Assembly: GCA_964541825.1 (NCBI GenBank)
Contig: CAZIRR010000001.1
Span: forward strand, 72,956 to 136,955
Source of the DNA: an uncultured Christensenella sp.
GTDB lineage: Bacteria > Bacillota > Clostridia > Christensenellales > UBA1242
Direction: 5' to 3'
DNA length: 64,000 bases
Part shown: piece by piece, positions 12,001-18,170 of the stretch
Layout of the letters: each line of letters begins with the position of its first letter
Position numbering within the stretch: position 1 is the stretch's first letter
Program-made: the position numbers and the translations under genes
Notes under the pieces: model-generated
What the model was told of the DNA's origin: nothing
The model's database searches: none
The model's input: the letters and a program-made list of their open reading frames with translations, nothing else

Positions 12001-14904
12001 AACAAATCTGGACAATTGGAAGAAATAACTATAGAGATAGGCTCAAAAGTGAGCATAGAGAATAATGGCAAAACCCTTGTCATCACTACACCAAATGGTA
12101 GCGATTACAAAATTATAATCAATGGCAACTTGAGCATATATGAGTTCCAAGGCTGGTATCTAGATACTATAGACCATAGCCTAGATAATACTATCGAAAA
12201 ATCAATTGGCGGGATATATTACAACCTGTACTCTTATAATAGCAAATCCCAAAAAATTGGCACTGTCTCTGGTACGGAAACTACTTATATCTATGAACAA
12301 TCTACTCTAGTCCTTGCTATGAATAGAAAGCCTGTCACTATATATAGAGATACTACTACTTGGAATAATCTATCCAAATCGTCAGATAGCACAGTTCTAG
12401 ACCAATTGAAGAAAGTGTCTTATTCTGCTCGAGAAGTACTATACACCTTGCCAGGCGGTCTTGTAACTTTGACTCCTGCAGACTTGACCGAGGATATCTA
12501 TCAGTCAGGTAGTAATGCATACTTGGGTGTGGATAATAGCACCAAAGTGCCTATGACTCTAAACAATGTATTTAGAGAACAGCGCGTGTCAAGTAGTAAA
12601 GTATTTACTATTACTAGGGTGGATAAAGAAGAGACTATCGGATATATCGGTGGCACAGGCCAATTCTACTATTCTGGATATTATATCGCAGGTGGAATAT
12701 ACAATGTAGAATTAACTACTTCTAGTAAGTGGATACTTGTAGAATATCCAGCCAAAATAAACTCAATCAATATTACCTTCCACTCTAGAGAATACAATTC
12801 GTCTGATGACGATACTACTACCCTAGAATACTCTAGACTAGATACCCTAGACTTGAGCCATACTCGTATTAGATATATCAATACTTCTTCTAATACCTAT
12901 ACTACTTCTAGGAATCCTTATAGTAGACTATACTATGGCTTGAGTTATAGTGATGGATACGAGCCAGTATCTATTACATTCTATCGCACTTCAAGCGATA
13001 GCGACTATCTAAGCGAGTACCGAGTAATCACATCTAGTGGCAGTACTTATTATACTTCTTATCTAGATTTGTCCGCCACTCGCTATGCCGGCGCTTCACT
13101 AGATATCTACCCAGTATTTATCAAGGTATATACTGTCACTATCAAAGGTCCATTCTTTGGTACCAACAATAGAACTTGGGGTAGTGAGTCTTACGAAGTT
13201 ATTCCAGGTGAGGCCTTTACATTTAGCCGTACTCTAGACTCTATAGAATTGACATACAATAGCTATGGCAGTAGCTCAACATTTAAGACTATTAAATATG
13301 GCAGTCAAGTAGTAGCAGGACTAGGCAATTATTATACATTGCTATATGTATCAAATGGCACACTTTATCAAAACAAGAGTTCGCTAGATATGACGTTTAC
13401 TCCTAGTGGCGATACTACCATTACTGCCACAATGCTAAGTATTAGAGATGTGGAATTGTCTTATACTTGTAGCAATTACTCAGATTATGACAATCTGTCG
13501 TTTGACAAGACTCAAACATTCAAGTATTCTAGCGTCCCATCGGGCGTAAATCCAGGACCTAGCAATAGCGAGATCTCTCTAGGTAGCGACGCAAACTACT
13601 TTAGCGCAACTATCACATCAAGCTCTTCTTTCAAGATTGAACATACAGCTCACAATATGCAATATACAGGAGAGACAAGCGCTCAAGGCGACACCGCGTG
13701 TGATACTGTGTATTACAATAATTATGAATGTAAATATTGTACTCATACTTCCCAAGAAACAGATAGGACAGTGACAAAACATACAGAAAAGAAATATTGG
13801 TATTACGACGGAGCTAAATATGGCGATGATGTCTGTGTATATATCAAGTACTGTTCTGTTTGTGACAAACAATTAGCTTCTTCTACATCTTATGGGCATA
13901 AGAAGAATGAGAAGTATACAGATTTAAACTATACAACTCACAAATATTATGCAAAATGCACCAGATGTAACCACGAATGGGAATGGAAAGAAGACCATGA
14001 TTGGCAAGATACCGGTGAAAACTTAAAATACAGTGATAAAAGCCATACGGTACCACAAAAGTGTTCTGATTGTGGCAGGACTAGAACATTGTATGAAGAA
14101 CATGAGATGGAAGATACAGGCTACCGTTTGATAGAGGGTACATCTAAAAAATATACATTTTTAAGCGGTAGTACAGGTTGCCAAATATACTATCAGAAGG
14201 TAATGAAGTGTAAATATTGTACATATGAATATTATAAGGATCAAGAATCTTCTTACTATGATCACGATTACTTGTGGGAAGATGGTACCTTTGAGCATGT
14301 CAAAGTTTGTTCAAGGTGTGATACTAAACTCTCTGGTACAGCTGGTACTCACCAATGGGAGACCGTTAAGGCAGCAACTTGCTCAGAAAAGGGAAATAAA
14401 TATTGTACTATTTGTTATGCAAATAGGACTATAAACAAGAAAGACCATAATTATGAACTAGAAGTAGTTTCAACGTCAGATGGCTCATATAAATCAAAAT
14501 ATGTGTGTGTGCCTGAAACTGTGTACAAGTATGTATGTACACGCTGTAACAAGGTATCAACAGAACATGTGGTGATTTATCCAGAATGTTCAGAAATAGG
14601 CGGTAGAGATCCAAACAGGGTTGTTTATGTCTATGAGGTTGTCTCAGTAGAAAAGGAATATAATGGACGGACTCCTACTGGGTCGGGGTGGGCATATTAT
14701 AGCGGTAAGTATACTAAAAAATATGTTAAGTGGTACTATATAGCATATCCAGATTCAAATGGAAAAATTACAACACCACTAATATTGCATGATTGTCTTG
14801 GTATATGGGATAGCTGGAGTACTGTAGTTTCTTATGCACATTGTCTATTGTGTAATAGTTCAATAAGAATGTGGGTTACTGAGAGCAGATGGCATACATA
14901 CTAA
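1..14904 (+). CDS. Giant surface/secreted repeat protein (>4,960 aa, 5'-partial) with InlB B-repeat (Listeria-Bacteroides repeat)-like modules and a C-terminal Cys/His-rich CxxC-repeat region
   Basis: Frame is open from base 1 (FEYPSNKYQEKTG...), so the TTG at 94 is not the real start. Recurrent GY/YxFxGW...LYAxW motifs (e.g. YTFAGWSYTQNG...TTLYAIWE, YKFYGWSTE...LYSVWE). Rich in Asn/Thr/Ser/Tyr. Nine CxxC motifs lie after about 13729. No C-terminal LPxTG or TM anchor. Confidence 0.85.
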   Translation, partial: FEYPSNKYQEKTGYNGSDIVLLDPADISDADLAEGEYIYGWKYNGHVFAVGTISFDEITNLGYEYSSENTEVVFEAQVYDSYKYIVSYVTTTENGDLTNASEFEDQTFYVKKLSNNTYSETDREVYISDKIPTLADNTYNFKQYTVEISEDGETYTILENVTIKVGGLLLLATPVDGKIIRYRLTPEFTSTNSTISINYNLMSPSTNESVNTLTAYNSEQTVEAFVTNLDFNAGLTFSDNYMLQLTTTAGSDIATFDIDAMTITFRLQITQLDWHEYILKGYNVALYLGEAEQGSRNFYFGNSSKEDRNISGVDRAVLTPIWEKKYVVSYYNQDNSLIQKDYIAYSSSLTEIPSLDKTITTDGNLSLVGYACVGWTTIADNNHIVSEITDFVSFTNSIAISKFDSDRNISLYPAQSKIYTLSFETFGIDENDVDEFIFNSFDMPQIYLGINEDNAISLDNYLLSVNNYFDYSDLNKLYSSCLKDKYTFLGFSSSKNGIPSTLYTFDSTAIDGDNIVAYVVWQKNSYNITFTFEAYANGGTTNLLGGYSFEISKFYGDKINLKWDYDLNTNTFSMLEATKDDNVWISNIKNESGVALIEKINTILQEKGIDYLSAMKFTHSIGDVETQISVDNLFTITNSDNIKITFDTYLIRLTYNVYYGTEYQGTTVSDNTELYSEYITIGSEVTPQIDIADLSLEGYVIDFWSADDKTNFFPGGKRTINSSDVETSKLDSEYRLNLLIHFTTAYELNFYYFASLDDLLNNSYTKLGTFNVELGDTIGIYQTDENGSYNYDENGDLVKEYVEGTSLQKTIFDEYLSAHDVNIVLNRTQNITTKINNFHDFLDVFQDYEYISHGELRVNEDEYSYLALENDENNYNMLYQVMTYAGGDALVNNVYLTYEVITHNVKIRSVVGVLDDDGETVCFNQEVASKYDVYAEYATNYSQIANDNGDANVEFADMRNLANTYNEHSYTYAESISYLDHIYLVNQPFAVRGGASATDFIMQGWRVLVEDESGTRFVDISEYGLTITPSINGDTNEIMYWTVSNVKEDVVLVAVYTERLIDVTVTLKSEDNNGESLNVSIISEYNSLSQDYSELEEYITRDSDNHSSIYNLKILYNSWLSIDILDSLEESYQLKNIKIGTYETSNFATIAVNESNIDTVTQKINIEVTYSQLTYQMLIKAEQNIDGTRYNATLDKINYSIVTNNVSYNLQSETEFTNNEFGYTAEIATGAIIQNDTLGTPVLNNYAFVNWQYYVETSDEWLDLQDQTNGVAVKDIVNEFKEVKVRAVFTAGDVQVQYVLNTSDSSVVIEDLTQTVKYGSKITLPYVIIENENYITTGFDIDGGQFGNTIQILSRNNAQLTTYSIPLLTQELSYVVFDKGETTFDIPTGYPTTKNSDNKIASIRVEIPEGTTYYYNTISAENILGEGKYKTTSASEIIVDDVYSIPNIDIADSNGASFAGWTTKLNRTYNSGESYDYLSSESENNLITLTALESNFVNVKFYITNPVDAEILNLTTKVGTEANMSYISVLIDKELNFNYIDVDYEKSADNYLNINSMSSSVLDVAYFANLNDYDQYKFYGWSTEKIVAFNNINEFLTSSDNYANGGSKYLSYYNYSTDNGITEYSKYNIYTISQNLGEFVMTTGAIQLYSVWEKKYKVSFRDEDDNVYTDQFTGEKLEGYFGQGEIVNFPNSSNLTLTSSTLEWIGWQDKNGSRLYEFVNGKASMTFAGTNSLDFYPLWEDGYTLTLDMNFAKQRETVATVLALYGVTKDQALANTGYPFFAYQDSRLKGVGGQITLGDKTYNSAYQYGVLWRAKEVLDISIIGSPVDCYDNGENVETIYPVTITPTQANWLNSYYTFAGWSYTQNGEVLTQEELSAIQLSENTTLYAIWEAVELKVYMSATYEDAEYSATNVSKILLKAENEDIVNPIVVKFGEIFNISDYEGSFVDNYSALSNDRTKKFSKWNVVSPLTQDTLHKSNFYIANDLYLYPNYVDCYTVIFKTTKGDNFTAQGDNLENCQRVIEGDVVRIEDYIKEDLGQDLTMITSVFFNNNNGEKEYIYDVNSITEWVKTRTFTYKELSTSDRLNKTFTIYIDISFEVHLYAPESATSNVYVQKSTVSITPEINITVFKKGLYATEYNLDLSQYSNVPQFAGWYYYDYLTDSEKNIKCYTVDDLSSAVCSYKLVVIDGKYHIVIVDTVGNETAYQLSGRVFNLYAKLTVTQEITLGDADDTIIQKYASLSLLTSDYVNIVDTTYRDGIVKSINVLTAYNSDASVYFTITSEGYIIRGISKTLGDATNDLEYIANNDNLENEQTFENNTIVIAKKTSTSKSVEDVSSDGMFIEYKLSFKNIRENGRIFTIDITPYVFDVEYKVKTVDGLLRTIDDGNFNPEDAITMTSENLIYQILANGNEVKAFESNKIAIAYTYVEDKESGYTILRFVKVPYSMFLQIKYIPQEIMLKRFVSLEFDWTNTSWNIDNETNADISSIQVSSAGKNIQFKPVENDGTTFVDTYNITVGFENNKIKQINLFLDHENIYSAYDKTNAWTNILDKKIDDVTTSKIQDDASSTRYALSWKVGYDDSGSTIIYAGDDLSSLFTTWKGLFHSSFESQLDSDSSLSSNNISLSKAMQYFWLNDDVSQFQTYSKYISEASTQGYLDGTTIYSLHNGVVELHIDLEKAFLVDASNRILDYYTDGKVVVDEINGDGVDRADISLNSSTENYKVYVNNKPTTYTANTPVNRLVVKMPYENSDVTFITTPANATTSHVAYQMSQWVALDGGTITTTAKDKNTLNINTNNANNNVIEMFAQFSSGISAFNAPEIHLRGDVIPQTYQLTFANSDSSELAKFDIAYDEDIYNSNTTEYMYYKYTIGSLSASDKHIIPLFKLIAPSDYTGNKFIHPSDNISDNYGSLKYLFTCWSNTLNGSEYNLNWLVANKIVAGNDITYGNITLYAVYTKCTDITVVTYVDGGEANYTLSLAPLNFQDQFGNTYDTSLLANDYALTNWLKENKGNAVLDTNGKYEYYLKGTNNTSNIKVSSLQDIVNAYNNNSSVLAEANEYRIYPKMEITLIVYKHDTDNRYSSYEKIYFTLGGKIVFDLDGNEIKNNTLGASITVDGDKKDNYSFSYNSTNLVLSNLIWTDDQTYVSGDFSVGQVISPETYTDYTFAFWYVNTQYVVPFLTADVCVVNNATIYPHYNVKFTVSNSKSGTSKIFEQGAESSYSVGNWIPLLSTPSCEYITAKSNDLRHSFSLNYSSLDVDANGYCYALLDVIDEDTAQVVYTIKFVANDLDYEDIAFEVTTSNGKSQILTLERTSSMYLEDGDGSYKINPVAYPDEVKITVNTGLTITNLPDPSQYLSSVNLTMSANPLTIKGGSSYKFAQTGANNNLQFAISFENIFGEMTNNAIVMTTNSTFASADLGNYLQNFRWQYLSSGSWIDCNTGSMMAIQDITLRLACDWITYNISFEKMSDQSATVTQVSINGEDWNIKDRVYSNYSINNAPNILYKGETLDFNYSNYTFALQSNINGRGNINITTNIGSDGTWVGWIAKSSSGTVPKLSGLTKSASFTAEDVALGNLSFVAWAESTKNADIKIDKSISNYGYADITVEITSPMGYSDQTVVVSVDKANKEYKNNSLTLGYSSLAKFTITENNDVKHDLHSFNYNGENININSEVTKAEYSGVSGSDMLNTIYVGVDAEPTKSYYYVVDSFKSILKSYPIYGGYYVNYSYNKTEYVLTARIYNYWNQFIKSLKIHYNENKDNDTSSIVHKFYPNNGYSINELNLYKVSSITTKGNTITSTLGNVHTIADMSGCKQTYTNYIGDLNKLILKFTEYVSTATFNFFTHTTFGDNSSATSNGTTIINSQGETETIDTQIVEEIPLNGAITYLSNVERGGVVLNVANKYNCTIPRYTTGTDRRYTLVRVVIREVTTQDQMAELVYNDTSTTGSLAEDFTMSTPVFEVYVYTIEETETTLSFKSTLPNEQDFRNIKMTTSGGTIQPQFNTTNKSGQLEEITIEIGSKVSIENNGKTLVITTPNGSDYKIIINGNLSIYEFQGWYLDTIDHSLDNTIEKSIGGIYYNLYSYNSKSQKIGTVSGTETTYIYEQSTLVLAMNRKPVTIYRDTTTWNNLSKSSDSTVLDQLKKVSYSAREVLYTLPGGLVTLTPADLTEDIYQSGSNAYLGVDNSTKVPMTLNNVFREQRVSSSKVFTITRVDKEETIGYIGGTGQFYYSGYYIAGGIYNVELTTSSKWILVEYPAKINSINITFHSREYNSSDDDTTTLEYSRLDTLDLSHTRIRYINTSSNTYTTSRNPYSRLYYGLSYSDGYEPVSITFYRTSSDSDYLSEYRVITSSGSTYYTSYLDLSATRYAGASLDIYPVFIKVYTVTIKGPFFGTNNRTWGSESYEVIPGEAFTFSRTLDSIELTYNSYGSSSTFKTIKYGSQVVAGLGNYYTLLYVSNGTLYQNKSSLDMTFTPSGDTTITATMLSIRDVELSYTCSNYSDYDNLSFDKTQTFKYSSVPSGVNPGPSNSEISLGSDANYFSATITSSSSFKIEHTAHNMQYTGETSAQGDTACDTVYYNNYECKYCTHTSQETDRTVTKHTEKKYWYYDGAKYGDDVCVYIKYCSVCDKQLASSTSYGHKKNEKYTDLNYTTHKYYAKCTRCNHEWEWKEDHDWQDTGENLKYSDKSHTVPQKCSDCGRTRTLYEEHEMEDTGYRLIEGTSKKYTFLSGSTGCQIYYQKVMKCKYCTYEYYKDQESSYYDHDYLWEDGTFEHVKVCSRCDTKLSGTAGTHQWETVKAATCSEKGNKYCTICYANRTINKKDHNYELEVVSTSDGSYKSKYVCVPETVYKYVCTRCNKVSTEHVVIYPECSEIGGRDPNRVVYVYEVVSVEKEYNGRTPTGSGWAYYSGKYTKKYVKWYYIAYPDSNGKITTPLILHDCLGIWDSWSTVVSYAHCLLCNSSIRMWVTESRWHTY

Positions 14905-14910
14905 TTTCAC

Positions 14911-15105
14911 CTATTGACAATTTCCCCAATCAGTGATACAATACTATCAATACTAAAAAAGTATTAGGGGGAAAAAGATATTATGGATATCAAAAAATAT
15001 TTAGAAGAAAAGAAAGGGAATGTAACCAAAAAAGCTAAACAAGTAGCCTTGACTGGACTTGCCGCTGCAACAATCCTAGGCGGAGTAGCTGGACTTACAG
15101 GCTGT
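14911..15105 (+). repeat. Direct repeat copy 1: promoter, 5'UTR and lipoprotein signal peptide
   Basis: 14949-15035 is identical over 87 bp to 16231-16317. Similarity extends from the -35 box to the lipobox Cys codon and then stops. Confidence 0.9.
14914..14942 (+). promoter_or_regulatory. Sigma-A-type promoter of lipoprotein 1
   Basis: TTGACA-17 bp-TACAAT with extended -10 TG. Followed by the AATACT-AAAAA-AGTATT hairpin and an AGGGGG SD. Confidence 0.7.
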
Positions 15106-16023
15106 GAACAAAAAGACTTCTCCGATATCAATTATTTAGATATGATGTCTATGCTACAAGAAGATTTTAAGAAATGTTATGACAATTTCGAATATGATTT
15201 TATTATTGTTAATGAATATGACAAAGAATATTATTTGCACTTTTTTAATGATGAGGCGGGGGACGTAGTGTACTCAATTACCAAAAGTCAATATACGGCT
15301 ATTAAAAATTGCGTAGAAATATTGAAAGATGACGAAAGTGTTGAATCGTTTGGGGAAACTGGAGCAGTCTTCGGGAAGGAATTATTAGAAAGCGCAGAGG
15401 CTCAAGAACTAAGATCAATAATTAGCGAAGTTGTAGATCAATTAGATCCAATAATCGATAAAGAAGTATCAAGTGTAGAGGATAATAATGTGAATGGAGG
15501 CCGTCCACAATTTAATATTGAACAATCAGACGATATCTCCAAAATGTTTGAAAGTCTAATTTCTGAATTTAGTCAAATGAGTCCAGATGATCCAGAGATG
15601 CAAGATTTTGTAGCTGATGAATTCGTTGTCAAAAAAACTGTAGATTCTCTGGGTTTGTACAGGGGAAACAACGGCAATATCAATGAAAGCGAGAAGATAA
15701 TTGTTTTGCAAATTATCGATTATCGTGATAGAGATGGCGATGGAGAATATGATGGTTATGTCGCTATTAATAGCGTATGCGACGACAAAGTTCTTGCAAA
15801 TTCTTTATATAATGATTTGGCAGATTTTGTAGACAATGAAAACGTCACATTTGAAGATTCTGCTTATCATATTTCAATGAATGTTTTTGGTGATGAAAGA
15901 TATGCAGACCTTGATAAAAGATTGAAAGATTACTTCGATTTGCTACAGATTTTCAATCTTAATAGCGTCTCACACAGACAAATACTCCCAAATGATGATT
16001 TTCAATTAGTTCCAGTTCCATAA
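14983..16023 (+). CDS. Lipoprotein of unknown function with an acidic mature domain
   Basis: Charged N-region, hydrophobic stretch and lipobox LTG-C41. Good SD. Contains a DxDxDG loop (DRDGDGEYD). Confidence 0.85.
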   Translation: MDIKKYLEEKKGNVTKKAKQVALTGLAAATILGGVAGLTGCEQKDFSDINYLDMMSMLQEDFKKCYDNFEYDFIIVNEYDKEYYLHFFNDEAGDVVYSITKSQYTAIKNCVEILKDDESVESFGETGAVFGKELLESAEAQELRSIISEVVDQLDPIIDKEVSSVEDNNVNGGRPQFNIEQSDDISKMFESLISEFSQMSPDDPEMQDFVADEFVVKKTVDSLGLYRGNNGNINESEKIIVLQIIDYRDRDGDGEYDGYVAINSVCDDKVLANSLYNDLADFVDNENVTFEDSAYHISMNVFGDERYADLDKRLKDYFDLLQIFNLNSVSHRQILPNDDFQLVPVP

Positions 16024-16081
16024 AATTTTTGGAAAACTTATTCTATTTGGTCTTGGCAGACTAATCCGTCAAGCTTATCAC

Positions 16082-16122
16082 AAAAATCCGTAAGAATTGT
16101 ATAATTCCTTACGGATTTTTTT
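16082..16122 (+). terminator. Intrinsic terminator-like hairpin (TCCGTAAG/CTTACGGA family), copy 1
   Basis: AAAAATCCGTAAG-aattgtataattc-CTTACGGATTTTT followed by a T-run. Confidence 0.75.
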
Positions 16123-16193
16123 CGTGTGGCGAAGAAATATCTATGGGAACTTTTGTAAAGTGTTTGACAAATCATAATTTTCTAAAAATTCCA

Positions 16194-16387
16194 TATTGAC
16201 AATAGCCCTAATCAATGTTATTATACTTATAATACTAAAAAAGTATTAGGGGGAAAAAGATATTATGGATATCAAAAAATATTTAGAAGAAAAGAAAGGG
16301 AATGTAACCAAAAAAGCAAAGCAAGTAGCCTTGACCGGCCTAGCCGCTGCAACAATCCTAGGCGGAGTAGCTGGACTAACCAGTTGC
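16194..16387 (+). repeat. Direct repeat copy 2: promoter, 5'UTR and lipoprotein signal peptide
   Basis: TTGACA(16196)-17 bp-TATTAT. Same UTR hairpin and SD, and the same first 39 aa as 14983. Confidence 0.9.
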
Positions 16388-16864
16388 GATCGCAATATAG
16401 AGGCAGACGATACTCCTGCAAAAACAGGTCTTCAAGAGCCTATCAGTGTTGGCTATCCTGTAATAGAGAGCATTGAGAATTTGTTCAAAGACCAAAAAGA
16501 AGATTTCGATTTGAATTATGTTGGCGTTAATAAGTATAAGGAACAATATTGGATAGACTTAATTCAAAAACAAAATGACAATCTTGCTGATGCTCTAGCA
16601 TGGGGTAGTTGTGTTATCGATGAGGAATCATACAATCAATTGTATGCATTATACGAGAAAAATCCTGGCAAAATCAAAGCTGTCGAAAGAGAAATCATAG
16701 ACAAGGCAACAGGCGAGTGTAATACTTTGTATGATATAGAATTGAGTGATGACGATATTGTAGACGAAAGTAGTGCAGAATTTATGCATTTGATTTATTT
16801 TATAATTAAAGACAATCCAAATTTGACTTTCGTTATTGCTGAAGAAGCAGAAATGGTTGACTAA
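16265..16864 (+). CDS. Lipoprotein of unknown function (leader shared with 14983)
   Basis: First 39 aa identical to the upstream lipoprotein, lipobox LTS-C41. Mature domain shows little or no visible similarity. Confidence 0.85.
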   Translation: MDIKKYLEEKKGNVTKKAKQVALTGLAAATILGGVAGLTSCDRNIEADDTPAKTGLQEPISVGYPVIESIENLFKDQKEDFDLNYVGVNKYKEQYWIDLIQKQNDNLADALAWGSCVIDEESYNQLYALYEKNPGKIKAVEREIIDKATGECNTLYDIELSDDDIVDESSAEFMHLIYFIIKDNPNLTFVIAEEAEMVD

Positions 16865-17016
16865 TTAGCCAAAAATATTGGTTTTCCAAAAAAACTTGCT
16901 TCAATTTGATGTACAAATTTAACTTTTTGGAGTAAAATAACAAAAAATATGCAAAAGAAAGAAAAGCTTATTCTATATTATTTATAAGTTTTCGATGATT
17001 AATCTCAATACGTTAC

Positions 17017-17057
17017 AAATTTCCGTAAGTTTTCGTATATTTCTTACGGATTTTTTT
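17017..17057 (+). terminator. Intrinsic terminator-like hairpin (TCCGTAAG/CTTACGGA family), copy 2
   Basis: TCCGTAAG(17022)...CTTACGGA(17043) followed by T7. Confidence 0.7.
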
Positions 17058-17182
17058 GTATCTAGAGTGTTTGTGATATGCACAAATTTCCCCTATTGAC
17101 TTTTCCCCATAATTCGTGGTATATTATATATAATAGAAATATGTGATATGGATTAGTGTAAATAAGTTTTTTGGGGGATATT

Positions 17183-18043
17183 ATGGAACAAATAGACGAA
17201 GTAGCACTTAGGAAATATTTAAAAAGATGCATCGCCGAGAAGAATAAAGTCATCAATGGCTTGTGTCGCAATTTTGTATACGAGGGAAGAACTTTTAGGA
17301 AAGATATCTATAGAGAATTTGCTCGTGGCAATAATAATCTATATAGGATAGACAAAGATATCAATTATAGGGGCAAAAAAGATATCTCTATATACAATTA
17401 CTTTGACCTAGACACACTTATCTCTTACAACAAATATCTAGAGCACATTATCCGTACTGTAGAGGCCAACAAGACTAATGCTCGCCGTCAATATACTACA
17501 CCTAAGGATATGTATATCGCTATCCATCAACAAGTGCCCAAGTACTTTATTTTCCACAAAAACGAGACTGATACAGGCTTCTACAATCCCGAAGACACTA
17601 TTCATACTCTAGTAGACGACCAAGGCAAACTTACATATGAGCGTACTCCCGACAAACGTTCTTTTGATAAACAATACAATGTGAGGGCTCTTAGCCAAAT
17701 GCTTGATACTTATATTGACGACAAATTTGCATATATATCTTGTACTCAAGAAGACGAAGTGGATTTGGCCGAGTACTATATATGTACTATGAAGATAATT
17801 GACAAAGATTTCAATATCTCTAGGATAGAAGATTATTTTGATAGCGACTGTGCACCTATTAGATATGTCGAGGGGGAGACTGATAATAATAGATATGCCA
17901 TACGTGGATTTGTAGATATGAATGGCGAAGAATATTGTGGCGATGCCTACGATGACGAGGGCGAGATAATGGTGGATAGTTCTCAGACCGGCCTTGACCT
18001 CTATGTAGACGGAGTCCTAAAAGAAAGGAAATATAGATATTAA
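17183..18043 (+). CDS. Hypothetical cytoplasmic protein with an acidic C-terminus
   Basis: ATG at 17183 after a GGGGG SD (GGGGGATATTATG, like the lipoprotein UTRs). Promoter TTGACT-18-TATATT at 17096-17125. No recognisable motif. Confidence 0.75.
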   Translation: MEQIDEVALRKYLKRCIAEKNKVINGLCRNFVYEGRTFRKDIYREFARGNNNLYRIDKDINYRGKKDISIYNYFDLDTLISYNKYLEHIIRTVEANKTNARRQYTTPKDMYIAIHQQVPKYFIFHKNETDTGFYNPEDTIHTLVDDQGKLTYERTPDKRSFDKQYNVRALSQMLDTYIDDKFAYISCTQEDEVDLAEYYICTMKIIDKDFNISRIEDYFDSDCAPIRYVEGETDNNRYAIRGFVDMNGEEYCGDAYDDEGEIMVDSSQTGLDLYVDGVLKERKYRY

Positions 18044-18099
18044 TGTATTGCAATGTCTGATATTGGATATCTATTTCTAGCAAACGATAGTACAAATAA

Positions 18100-18149
18100 T
18101 AAAAAAAGGCCCTATCTGTGGGAAGCACCCCATAAGTAGAGTCTTTTTT
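18100..18149. terminator. Imperfect bidirectional terminator between convergent genes
   Basis: A-run, imperfect GC stem, then T-run, between the 17183 gene and asnS. Confidence 0.5.
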
Positions 18150-18170
18150 CTTTTTTTAGATTTTTTATAT

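Noticed and set aside
13650-14904. Multiheme cytochrome c in the Cys/His-rich tip
   Set aside because: None of the nine CxxC motifs is CxxCH; His is offset or absent.
16082-17057. Integron attC sites or CRISPR repeats
   Set aside because: Only two copies about 940 bp apart, no clear RYYYAAC/GTTRRRY ends, and no integrase or cas gene. Terminator-like T-runs explain them at minimum.
13650-18043. Diversity-generating retroelement acting on the giant gene or lipoproteins
   Set aside because: No reverse transcriptase and no template/variable repeat pair differing at adenines. The only repeat covers promoters and signal peptides.
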